Positions 51,420 through 63,030 of a DNA stretch of 64,000 bases are shown piece after piece. The DNA lies in contig NC_068984.1 in assembly GCF_001194135.2 (NCBI RefSeq), positions 10,591,435 to 10,655,434 on the forward strand, in the 5' to 3' direction. The notes under the pieces are model-generated. The model was not told the origin of the DNA and did no database searches. It saw nothing but the letters and a program-made list of their open reading frames with translations. The translations under genes and the position numbers were made by a program. Position 1 is the first letter of the stretch. The number at the start of each line of letters is the position of its first letter. This DNA comes from Octopus bimaculoides (Eukaryota).

Positions 51420-52015
51420 CAACTTGCTGAACCACTAAGTTATGTGGATGTAAACACACCAACATCGCTTGTCGAGTGATGGTGCGGGTGACAAACACAG
51501 ACACATAAATACATATATATACACACACACACACAGACCTGTGCCCATGCACATACCCACACATACCTCCTTCTCTTGCACTCTCCTGTCTTAGAAAGAA
51601 CATTTTCTTCACCCATTCCCTTCCGGTCATTTCAATATGTGACCGCGTATGCATCGTTGGTGATTTTCTTTCTCTGTCTTCCCTTCTTTGAACTTTTTCT
51701 ATATTTCTGATGAAGATCTCCAATCGAAACGTGAAATCCTCTTTCTTATCTTTCCTTTCCTGAGCGTCCAATAACACAGTACTTGTACCACGTCCTCACA
51801 TTGTTGTTTTTGCTTGCTTGTTCTTGTTTGGATTGACCATATATATATATACACACAATGGGCTTCTTTCAGTTTCCATCTACTAGATCCATTCATAAAG
51901 CTTTGGTTGGCTTGAGGCTATAGTAGAAGAAAGACACTTGCCCAAGATACCATGCAGTGGGACTGAACCTGGAAGCGTGTGGTTGGAAAGCAAGCTTCTT
52001 ACCACACAGCCATCG
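51420..52015 (-). mobile_element. SINE family A with a Penelope-LTR-like insert (about 51535-51840)
   Basis: SINE middle and head flank an unrelated pyrimidine-rich insert carrying a hammerhead motif. Confidence 0.8.
51703..51737 (+). ncRNA. Minimal type I hammerhead motif, cleavage triplet GUG (probably inactive copy)
   Basis: attt-CTGATGA-a-gat-ctcca-atc-GAAAC-GT-g-aaat. Confidence 0.55.
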
Positions 52016-52019
52016 ATAT

Positions 52020-52210
52020 TTAAGAAATTTTATTTCTATAAGATAATCAAGCCAAATGGTCGTCATTTCGAGCTACTCACCCAATGAGTATTTCCGCCAA
52101 ATGTGGTGAAAATCTGTTCAGTCGTTTCCAAGTAATTTTGCAAACACACAGACAAACAAAGACAAGTGACTACAATACCCTGCTTTTGCTTACGTGTGCA
52201 GGGTACTAAA
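52020..52210 (+). mobile_element. Possible Helitron/Helentron-type non-autonomous 3' end
   Basis: aaatgtggtgaaaatctgttcagtcgttt..acagacaaac then hairpin taccctgc/gcagggta (52176-52205). Confidence 0.4.
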
Positions 52211-52559
52211 TAAGCGAGGGTGTTTCTTGAGTGTGGGAAATGAATTGTGCAAGAATGCTGTGAGAACCTGTAAGGATGGGAAGATTTAGAGGGATGGGAA
52301 GATGCAAGGTAAATAACAAAGGGCTTAGGGATTAATATGTTAAGGAGGTGTTACCACATAAAACAAGGCTGACCTGATTTTTTTTTAGAGAAAATTTAAT
52401 TTGTATTCTTTTTGATACCTGCCAGGCATAAATTAATTGCATCAACGTGTACCCCCATTTTTTTTTGTTTGTTAGTTTGTTTTTTACATAAGGACTAAAC
52501 TAAGAGCATGGGAACACAATGTTTTTTTTTTGTTTTGGTGTTTCCTGTATGTGTATGTT

Positions 52560-52925
52560 TTATTTCTCTTTTAGTTCTTCTAGTCATTGGAGTGTGGCCA
52601 TGCTGGAACATTACATTATAAAGTAATTGACCCCTGTCTGGTACTTATTCTATCAGTCTCGTTCGCAGAACCACCAACTTGTGGGGACATAAACAAACCA
52701 ACACTAGTTGTCGAGTAGTGTGGGGGACATTCATGAATACACACACACGTACACTGGTATACATGACAGGCTTCCACACAGTTACCATCTACCAAATTCA
52801 CTCACAGACATATAGAAGCAGACATCCCCCCCCACCACCACCAAGTGCCGCACGATAGGACTGAACCCAAAAATCATGTGGTTCCAAACTGAGCTTCTTA
52901 ACCACACAGCCATACCTGCGCCTAT
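52560..52925 (-). mobile_element. SINE family A, diverged
   Basis: Reverse complement similarity along its length. Confidence 0.8.
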
Positions 52926-53584
52926 TTATTTATTTGTTCATTTATTTATTTTAAATGAAATCTTGACATTGCAACAGTGATTAAAAAAACAAAATATTGT
53001 AAAGCCGGCATTCTGGAAACGAGCCAAACACACCAATACTATTTTTTTTATCATTTATTCAGTTGTTCAGACACATTTGTAATGCTAGTTTCACATCTCT
53101 CACTAATCTAAAAAGTCGTCATTCCCATTTTCCTTCGTTCTTTCATCCATCTTTTTCCTTCTTTCTTTCATCCATCTTTTTCCTTCTTTTTTTTTTCCCC
53201 TATTTTTTTTCTTTCTTTCCATTTCATTTCTACAATATAGATGTTTAACACTACTTCTTCCACTTTACCTTATATATTTATTATTTATTCATTCATTTTA
53301 TTTATTTTTTTATTCCTTTCCCCTCTTTGAAAACTTGTGCAACACTGCGAATGTTATATTAACTCTGTCTGACTATCTCTTCGAGTTATTGATTGCCACC
53401 ACTTTCAGCCACTTATTCCTTCTCTGCTCGGTCAGTTAATCACTTATTTACAGCTCCAGGATTTTTGTGTGTGTGTGCGTGCGTACGTATGCCATACATG
53501 CTTGCAGACACAAACACAGACTCTTCAAGTTGAGAAATTTAATGCAGCGGGCCTATTTGCATGCATATAACATATATGTATATA

Positions 53585-54260
53585 NNNNNNNNNNNNNNNN
53601 NNNNNNNNNNNNNNNNNNNNNNNNNNNNNNNNNNNNNNNNNNNNNNNNNNNNNNNNNNNNNNNNNNNNNNNNNNNNNNNNNNNNNNNNNNNNNNNNNNNN
53701 NNNNNNNNNNNNNNNNNNNNNNNNNNNNNNNNNNNNNNNNNNNNNNNNNNNNNNNNNNNNNNNNNNNNNNNNNNNNNNNNNNNNNNNNNNNNNNNNNNNN
53801 NNNNNNNNNNNNNNNNNNNNNNNNNNNNNNNNNNNNNNNNNNNNNNNNNNNNNNNNNNNNNNNNNNNNNNNNNNNNNNNNNNNNNNNNNNNNNNNNNNNN
53901 NNNNNNNNNNNNNNNNNNNNNNNNNNNNNNNNNNNNNNNNNNNNNNNNNNNNNNNNNNNNNNNNNNNNNNNNNNNNNNNNNNNNNNNNNNNNNNNNNNNN
54001 NNNNNNNNNNNNNNNNNNNNNNNNNNNNNNNNNNNNNNNNNNNNNNNNNNNNNNNNNNNNNNNNNNNNNNNNNNNNNNNNNNNNNNNNNNNNNNNNNNNN
54101 NNNNNNNNNNNNNNNNNNNNNNNNNNNNNNNNNNNNNNNNNNNNNNNNNNNNNNNNNNNNNNNNNNNNNNNNNNNNNNNNNNNNNNNNNNNNNNNNNNNN
54201 NNNNNNNNNNNNNNNNNNNNNNNNNNNNNNNNNNNNNNNNNNNNNNNNNNNNNNNNNNNN
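53585..54260. other. Assembly gap (N run)
   Basis: Direct reading. Confidence 1.
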
Positions 54261-54475
54261 ACTTATTTTATTGACCCAGAAAGGATGAAAAACAATGTCA
54301 ACATCACAAGAATTTGAACTCAGAACATAAAACAGATGAAATGCTGCTAAGCATTTTGTCTATTGCACTAACAATTTTGCCAGTTTGCTACCCTGATGGA
54401 CACCCAATATTACCATGACTTCAACAGAAAAGGCATCTGGCTGTGAAACAATGCCTCAACAATATATTAATCTAA

Positions 54476-54700
54476 GGCTGCGAGCTGGCTGAAATGTTAG
54501 CACACCGGGCGAAATACTTAGTCGTATTTTGTCTATCTTTACGTTCTGAGTTCAAATTCCGCCAAGGTCGACTTTGCCTTTCATCCTTTCATCCTTTCAG
54601 GATTGATAAATTAAGTACCAGTTGCATACTGAGGTCGATCTAATCAACTGGCTCCCTTTCCCAAAAATTTCAGGCCTTGTGCCTAGAGTAGAAAAGAATA
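54476..54700 (+). mobile_element. SINE family C, full length
   Basis: Head ggctgcgagctggctgaaatgttagcac; central gcctttcatcctttc domain. Confidence 0.85.
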
Positions 54701-55004
54701 TATTAATCTAACCCATGCTAGCATGAAAACATGGATGCAAAAACAAACAAACAAATCAATGAATGATTTTTGATTATAGTTTAGCAGGATCAAGGTCTAC
54801 CTAGGGTTAAACAATATCAACTGCAAATTTATTGGAGATTAGTGTAGTTAACTGAATTTATCCATAGAACATTATTGATACTTATTTTATTGGTTTTCGG
54901 AATGATAAATCGCAAAGTTAACCTCGGATGGATTTGGATCCAGAATATTGAATTATCTATCTGACTAGTTATCCATTTGGATTAATTCACAATACAGGTG
55001 TGGC

Positions 55005-55395
55005 AATAGGTGCAGGTATGGCTGTGTGTAATTAAGAAGCTTCCCAACCAGGTGGTCTTGCGTTCAAGCCCATTGCATAGCACCTTGGGCATGTGTCTTC
55101 TATTATAGTCACAGGCAGATGAAAGTCTTGTGAGTGGATTTGGTAGATGGAAACTGAAAGAATCCCATCATATATGCATGTGTTTGTTTGTATCTTGTCT
55201 TGATACCATGTGATTATTGTAAAAGAACATTGTCAGTTTCAAAGTCTTCCATATGGAAATATTACTTTGATTGGAAATAGGAAAGGGTTGACAAAAGGAA
55301 GAGCATCCAGCCATAGAAAATCTGCCTCAACAAGTTCCATCTGATCCATGCCTACAAGGAAAAGTAGATGTTAAACAGCAATGATGATGATGATA
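55005..55395 (+). mobile_element. SINE A-prime: family A head with different body and RTE-like (GAT)n tail
   Basis: Collinear with 49160-49585; body also at 9180-9385 and 63140-63290. Confidence 0.78.
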
Positions 55396-55654
55396 ATGGT
55401 CGTTTCTACCATTGTCCAATAATTATTGATAATCATTACAGCAATCATGATTATTATTACATGAGCCCCTCCTGCTCCTACCCCAGATGGCTTTGTTGAA
55501 GTTAGTGTGAATTGAAATTGAAATCTGGGGGAAGCAAAAACTCGAGGGTTTTAAGTATTATAGCTGGGTGTTATAGTCCTGTTTAAGCCATTCTATTAGT
55601 GTATGTTGGTTTATCTTTCTCTTAAAATGAACATTAAATTATATATTATCATCA

Positions 55655-56060
55655 TCATCCTCATCATCATCATTTAATGTCTGTTGTCCTTGCTGGCATG
55701 GGTTGGACGGTTTGACCAGGGCTGGCAAGCTGGGGAACTGCACTTTACAGAGAATGCTGGGCACTTTTATGTGGCACTGCACAGGGAATTTTAGGAGTGC
55801 TCTTATGGGCACTTTTATGCAGCTCCACATGAGTACTTTTACATTGTTCCACATGGGGCTTTTACATGGCATGGCATGGCATGGGTGCTTTTTACAAGGC
55901 ACCACATGGGCGCTTTTATGTGGCACTACCACAAGTGTTTTTACATTGCACCGGCCGAAGACCTTCACAAGTCAATCCTCACCATCAGGGGGACTGGTCT
56001 TAACCCTTCTGCTACAGGGTACTAGTCTTCTTGAGTACAGCAAAGCACCAGACATCTTGG
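55655..56060 (-). mobile_element. Diverged family B-like element with short internal repeats
   Basis: Tail catcatttaatgtctgttgtccttgctggcatgggttgg; ttttta(c/t)gtggcac repeats as at 1440-1520. Confidence 0.65.
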
Positions 56061-56588
56061 TCCTTTGTCAGCTTGCCTGCCTAAGTTTAGCATCCTAAGG
56101 TTGCTCTAATGTACCTTTCCACACTTGAAAAGTTCTCAGCATGAAGCCATTCAATAACATGACTTGTCTGTTATGAGACTCATTTATAATGTTGAATAAA
56201 TAATATACCCATTCTGTTACTTAATATACTAGTGCCTGTTTTCTCTGACTTACAAACTTTATTGGACAAGTGTATACATATGGAGAGAGATATATATATA
56301 TAACTCCTCTTTCAGTTAGAGTTAACCATGTTTGCACCTATACACACAGGGCCTGGGCGGGTTTATTTCCTGGAAGTCTGGCAGTTGCTCATGCATACAA
56401 GTCTTTCCTCGCCTCACTGCCAGTGTTGTTTTAGGGGATCTGCAGTGGGACTCTGGTGTTGCTACAAGAACTGTTGTCAGAATGCAGATAGCTGGGACAA
56501 ATATTACAAAGAATCTTGCCAGGCACTCTAACAGTTCCTCTAATCATGGATTTCTACTTTTCACTACTTATAAAACTATAAAGCTTAC

Positions 56589-56689
56589 GTGCTTATCATA
56601 AAGGAACCCATATCTATAAAATCCAATTTTAAATTGGACGGTCGTCTTGGTAATCATTTCCATTTTACATATATCCTTGTCAAGTCTTC
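56589..56689 (-). CDS. Candidate exon, product unknown (RLDKDICKMEMITKTTVQFKIGFYRYGFLYDKH)
   Basis: Acceptor tttgcAG, donor GTAAGC, open frame. Confidence 0.22.
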
Positions 56690-57417
56690 CTGCAAACTTT
56701 CCAAAATGCAAAGTTATTATGACACCAACAAGATAAAGTAGAGCAGATTTATTAGCAGAACAGCTTAAACCAAGTCCATATCATTTCTGGAACCTAGATC
56801 TTTGAATTAAAGAGACATGAATTAAATATAACGACATTTGCATTAATTCGAATCAGTGACTAAGTAGGATTGTTGAGACACGATGAGAATCAACTGTCAA
56901 GCAGAGACTGTTATATAGGAAAAACTATAAATTTGAATGAACATTTCTGTATGTATCTAATATTGAAATGTCTCTTTGCATACAACAGAATTGAATTTGT
57001 ACTTACAGGATATGTTTCACTCATAAAAACAGTAAACAAAATTACATTAGAAATCCGTTATCTTCAATTCTTTTCTTTGTTTTTCTTTTTCCCCCGTTCA
57101 TAGTTTTTGACAGCATTGTAATGACTATTCTAACAGTACATCCTCTGTTGATTAAGTTAACATTAAACATAGAAACATTGAGGCATCTGAAAGAAGAAAA
57201 ACATGTGATGCTAGTAATCTAATGATTTTTCTATTGATGAAATTGTGAATTCTTCTACTTCATTCTCTACACAAAATAATTGATTCTCTTCTTAGTCTTT
57301 CAAACAGCTTTAACTTTCTTGTTAACATCTTTACACATTATGCCATGGCTAATTTGGTATTGCATTTCAACAGAAATACTTTTTTTGAGAATAATTATTG
57401 AAAATTCTAAGGAATAT

Positions 57418-57807
57418 TTAACTCTTTTGTTACCATATTTCTGTTGAAATACCCTGCCTTTGTTTTAATTAATTTTGAAAATAACAAAGAATTTAGTAAA
57501 ATGACTTTTCCATTATCAAGTTAGTGTTTGGAACATAAATTAACATGAAATTTTGATGAAAAGTTTTGATTTAGATCACTTTAACCCTTTTGTTACCATA
57601 TTTCTGCTCTAATACCCTGCCTTTGTTTTAATCAATTTAGTAAAATAATGAATTTAGTAAAATAATTTTATCATTATTAAGCTGGTGTTTGGAACACATA
57701 TTAACATAAAATTTTTAAAGGAATTTTTAATTTAGATCATTTTAAAACAGGAAGTTTGTCTCATAGAACTAGAATGGTCTCTGGTGGGTTGGTATCGAAA
57801 GGGTTAA
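57418..57807 (+). mobile_element. Dimer of piggyBac-like MITE (truncated unit plus complete unit)
   Basis: Second unit starts ttaacccttttgttacc at about 57581 and ends ggtatcgaaagggttaa. Confidence 0.8.
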
Positions 57808-60439
57808 TTCATAGATTTCTCCTGACTGTATTTTCAATATTTGATCAGAAATGGGGTTACATTTGTAGCTGTTTGATATTATGTTACATGTCTATTGAAC
57901 AACTATCTATAGACCAAACTTAAGGTTCCAGTATTATTAATAACATTAGTGACTGGTTGTTGTTGTTTAGCTTCAGGTCAACTCTGCACACACCTTTAGA
58001 CAAAGGCATTGGAGACTGTTCTGTAATTTTAGGGACTTTTAGGATTTTAAAGATAATAGGATGCATGAGAGAGAGAGAGTACTTTTGGAAAGTATAAACT
58101 TAGATACACATTATGTCAGAAAGTAAAGATAAGCAGATCAGGTTGCGAACATCTTTTTTTCTTTTTTGGTTTTCATATGTCTGCTGTATCAAAACTGATT
58201 TGTGTCTGAACAACAAAGGGTTTTCTTTTGTAAGGGTTAGGTGGTAGGCAGAAGATCTTATTTTAGTGAAAAAGAAAATATATTTAGTATAGTTGGTAGT
58301 ATTACTTTGACTAATATCAGCATGTGATAGAAGCAGTACTGGTAATGGTGAAAATGGGTCCGAGGATAATGACTAATGAAACAGATTCAAACTTCAATCA
58401 CAATAGAAAATTTCATCTTGTTTATACAAAAGAATGTGATCTAACTTTGAACTTTCTATTAGATACGACACCATATGGGACTGCATCACTTAGCCTATCT
58501 TGAAATGCATGATATTTCAAGAACCACACTAATATTGTTGACCTTCATCTTGAACAAAATTAGCCACTAACTATTGTAAGAGAGAAAACTCTAATCCTTT
58601 CTTTTGTCATTCATTTTTGTTTTGTTACAGAATCATTACAGGTCTGGGGTTTTGACACACAAGTTTCGACTGAGATGTTGAGAGTTAAAAAGAAAAAAAT
58701 AACCAACAATGAAATGATCTCCTTAAAATTTGAATATCACTTAAGGTTAGCTTTGATAATACTCTGGAGACTTTCTTAATCTCATCAATTTCTTCAAAAT
58801 TAGGGAAAAAAAAAAGTACTGTTGATTCAACTTTACAGAATCCTTACAATGGAGATATTTATAAAGATAAATAGGTTTCACTGTACACATGTAAGTGTTG
58901 AGTACTTGTATTGAATAGCAAGAACGACGGTTTGAAATAGTGTCTGGAAATGAAACACTTCAGGTGTTATTTGTAAAAACTCTTAAATAGATTTAGTCGA
59001 TATAGGTATGTGAGGGGAATAAATATCAAGTCACTTTTTCTCTTCTCTTTCTCTCCTCTCTCTCTCTCTCTCTCTATTTCAACAAATGTTGTAGGCAAGC
59101 TGATTGTTGGATTATAGCCAGCCATGTTGCAAGAAAATGTAAACATGGCAAGAAGAAATGGTAAAGATTGTAATCATAAAGAATCTGATAAAGACAACTG
59201 CAGAGATTGTCTGCCTGATTTGTTATAATTCTTGTTATTTGTTTATATTTTGGTGAGTGTGATATTTTCACCTTGTTTTCTCTCAGCTAACATGGATTGA
59301 ATTGCACAAGGATATTCAGGCATTTGTTCTACACATGGACACCATTCTTAATCCTCTTTTTCCCTGTTATTGCCTTATTATTTTTAGACATTATCTTCTG
59401 TTTCCATAAAGTGTGGCCCACAATAAAAAAGATGTGTGTGTTTAGAAAATATTCGTATTTCACAATACTCCTCAAAAATTGCTGGCTTTGTAGGAAAATT
59501 TTAGATTCAAAAGCATTGTATTATTCCTTAAAACCCACAAATGTACAAACAATTGAGCATTAAATATCATATGAAACAATTGAATCCATTGGAACTAGAG
59601 ATGATTTCATTTTGACAAAGCTTTATTTTTGTGATTCAAAAGAATAACGAATTGTAGGCTTGGGTTTCAGCAAATATTTTCAACCTAAAGAATTCCCTTT
59701 GAATGTGAAAATGCTATCAGCTGAGAACGCCTGAACTTTAGCAATCAGACAGTTTTTATTTCATTTTTGTATGTGTGTTTTTGTGTTTTTGTGTTTGGAA
59801 AATGAATTCTAATTATGAATTAAGGCTGCCATTTAATTCCAAACTAGATATGTACAGCGTGAATAAATATTGTTCCTTCACTAACAGCAATTAAAATTAA
59901 TTGATATAAATTAGAATTTTTAACTATCAAGTCCCTGGTTATAGCTCAAATAATCTTTGGTTTCCTTTTACCCTTTTTCCTTTTGTTACTTCAGTACAAA
60001 GCCTTTTAGTTTTTGTAAAGATTTGTATAAAGTTCTTCCCTGTACTTTCATTGCCATCCAACAAAATTCTAAAGCATTTTCTTGACCTGGCATGGTTCTG
60101 CTCAATTTCTCCAAGAGACCTGGGTAGAAGAGGTGCTGGGTGGTCTTACTGATCTGATTTAAATACTCAGATGTACCATAACTATAGCTATGATTTTTGA
60201 AATTCAGGTTTTAGGCCAAAGTAAGTCTCATCCTATCTCGGTTTCTCATCGTTGTTATAACATCCACTTCTCCATGCTTGATCCAGATGCCTTTCTTGCC
60301 ATCAACCTTCACTTGTTTCCAAGCAAGGTAATATTTCACTCTGGCAAAACGCTTTTCCACAATGTTGAAAATGAACGACACTGCTTACATAACAGTGACA
60401 CTCATTTACAACTATCACTCTATATCAAGATAAGGTGAC

Positions 60440-60890
60440 CACAAAAACAAACACTTGCATGCACACACACTCACACATGCACATACAGAAGCTTCTTTCA
60501 GTTTCCTATTTCTTTATTGCCCACAAGGGGCTAAACACAGAGGGGACAAACAAGGACAGACAAAGGGATTAAGTTGGTTACATCGACCCCAGTGCATAAC
60601 TGGTACTTAGTTTATCGACCCTGAAAGGATGAAAGGCAAAGTCGACCTCAGCAGAATTTGAATTCAGAACGTAAAGACAGACGAAATACCGCTAAGCATT
60701 TCACTAGGCGTACTAACGTTTCTGCTAGCTCGCCACCCTTTCAGTTTCTGTTTACCAAATCCACTCACAAGGCTTTTGTCAAACTGGGGCTATAGAAGAA
60801 GACACTTGCCTAAGATGCCATGCAGTGGGACTGAAACCAAAACCTTGCAGTTAAGAAGCATACTTTTTAACCATACAGCTACACCTGTAC
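60440..60890 (-). mobile_element. SINE family A head, interrupted by a family C copy
   Basis: Family A sequence resumes exactly after the insertion. Confidence 0.85.
60506..60737 (-). mobile_element. SINE family C, full length with 11 bp target-site duplication
   Basis: ctttcagtttc at 60495-60505 and 60738-60748. Confidence 0.92.
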
Positions 60891-61342
60891 CTCCAACCAT
60901 GCCTGTGCTTCTTTTTCACAACATGCTGTTCTCAGTAATCTTGTTTTATTAACACATTTTGCCAGAACTTTCAGATTAAGTATCTCATATGTTCTAAATA
61001 CTTGTTCCAGCCTATTTGTTTTCACTACCTTTACCTGCTCACAGCAATGTTATTGATGCTCAATATATCATTAAACAAGATCTATTTTAGGGATATATCC
61101 CACACCCACGCACACATTTTATGTAATCTTATCACTGCACTACCTTCTGTTTCTGCTATCCTAACATATGATAACTAATTAACTAGGAGAGAATGGAAAG
61201 ATAAAATACAAGAAGGCACCTTATATAATACACATGTTTACAAGACAAAGGAAAAACGGATGTGATGTTTAAGAAAATCTTCAAATTTTCCACCTTTTTT
61301 TACCTTTATCTTAAATTAGATAAAAATTTTAAGTAGGTGCAT

Positions 61343-61571
61343 TTAACCCTTTCATTACCATATTTCTGTTGAGATGCTCTGTGTTTCTCTCAGTTATTTT
61401 AGCTATAACAAAGAATTTAGTAAAATAACTTAGTTATCATTAAGCTAGTGTTAGGAACATAAATTGTGACTAAGGTTTGATGGAAGATTTTAATTCAGAA
61501 CTTTTGAAAACAAGACATTTGTACTACAGAGCCAGAGGCGGTTTCAGCCGGGTTGGTAATAAAAGGGTTAA
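61343..61571. mobile_element. piggyBac-like MITE monomer
   Basis: ttaaccctttcattacc ... ggtaataaaagggttaa (16 of 17 complementary, TTAA both ends). Confidence 0.85.
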
Positions 61572-61825
61572 GCAATTTCTTTGAGAGGGGGAGGGGAAGA
61601 GAAATCTGACACGAGTACAAAAGAGATAGTTTTACTCTTTTTGTTTTACTTGATTTTTAAAAATTAATTTTTGTGATCGTTAGACTGTGGCCATGCAGGG
61701 GTGCTGCCTTTGAAAGAAAAGCATGCACTGCTTTGAAGAAGACACACAAGATGCCATGTTGAATCAAAAATTTCAGTTCCTGTACAAAAACAATATACCA
61801 AGCAAATATTGTTTTCAGCATGTAT

Positions 61826-61875
<50 letters not shown>

Positions 61876-62033
61876 GCATGGGATCAGTGCAGCATGGTTA
61901 TTTCATAACCAAGTGATTTTGAGATCAGTCTCACTGTATGGCATCTTGTGTAGGTGTCTTCTTCCACTGTTCCAAGTCAAGCAAAGCTTTGTGAGTGGAT
62001 TTGGTTGATGGAAACTGAATGAAACCTATTGTT

Positions 62034-62066
<33 letters not shown>

Positions 62067-62364
62067 CTGCATGTAATATCAGGTCTGTGGAGTCAAAACA
62101 AAAGACTTCAGCTCTGACTCCTCTACCATTGGCTACTCCGACTCTGACTCCTCTTTATGTAATTAAGTGATTGTGGTCTACATATCTCATAAAGCACATG
62201 CATACTCTTGTACTTTGAGTCGGCCTATATGTTAGAACTGGTTTATATCAAAGAATAAAGATATTGTGAGTCAGAATCAGAGTCAGTATAGTTTTACTGA
62301 CTCCAACTCCAGCTACCCCTTAATTGTTTCCGATTCCAGCTCCACAGCCTTGTGTAATATATAT

Positions 62365-62760
62365 ATATCATCATCGTCATTGTCGTTTAATGTCCGTTTT
62401 CCATGGTGGTATGGGTTGAATGGTTTGACTGGGGAATGGCAAGTCAGTAGGCTGCACCATGTTCCAATCAGACCTGGCGAAATTTCTACAGCTGGATGCC
62501 CTTCCTAACGCCAACCACTCCGAAAGTGTAGTGGGTGCTTTTTATGTGCCACTGGCATTGGCCACAATTACGATTTCCATTTTGATTTGAGTTTACTTGA
62601 CTCAATAGGTCTTCTCAAGTGCAGTGTATTGCCCAATGATTCAAGGGTACTTTTAAAGGGCTGGTGATGTGACACTCATATCAGCCATGGTTGTGATCTC
62701 ACTTTACTTGCCCGGTCTTCTCAGTCACAGCATATCTCCAAAGGTCTCGGTCTCTTGTCA
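62365..62760 (-). mobile_element. Family B with under one VNTR unit and last RTE codons
   Basis: Tail at 62365; gcatatctccaaaggtctcggtctcttgtcat matches ORF end. Confidence 0.88.
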
Positions 62761-62814
62761 TATATATATATATATCTATATGTGTGTGTGTGTGTGTGTG
62801 TTTGTATGTTTATA

Positions 62815-63030
62815 TGAGGGAGTGCTGAAAGTTCTTGGCTTTGAGGCTATCACATAAGACTTGGTTGGAGGCCCAACGTTCCGAGTTCTTTTACAGGGCT
62901 TAGAAAAATTGAAGGACTGCTGCAATAAGTGTGTGAATCTGAGAGGGGAACATGTTGAACGAAATCATAATTAACTGATCCTTCTGTATATTCTTTTATT
63001 CAAAGTCAGGAACTTTTCAACATCACCTCA
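62815..63030 (+). mobile_element. mariner-derived MITE (internal deletion derivative)
   Basis: TA flanks; imperfect TIR tgagggagtgctgaaagttcttggctttga / tgaggtgatgttgaaaagttcctgactttga; interior encodes FLQGLEKLKDCCNKCVNLRGEHVE, like a mariner C-terminus. Confidence 0.75.

Noticed and set aside
56328-56601. Overlapping ORFs in several frames (Cys-rich + frame, 89 aa + frame, long - frame)
   Set aside because: No recognisable domain and no consistent splice boundaries; cannot choose strand or frame.
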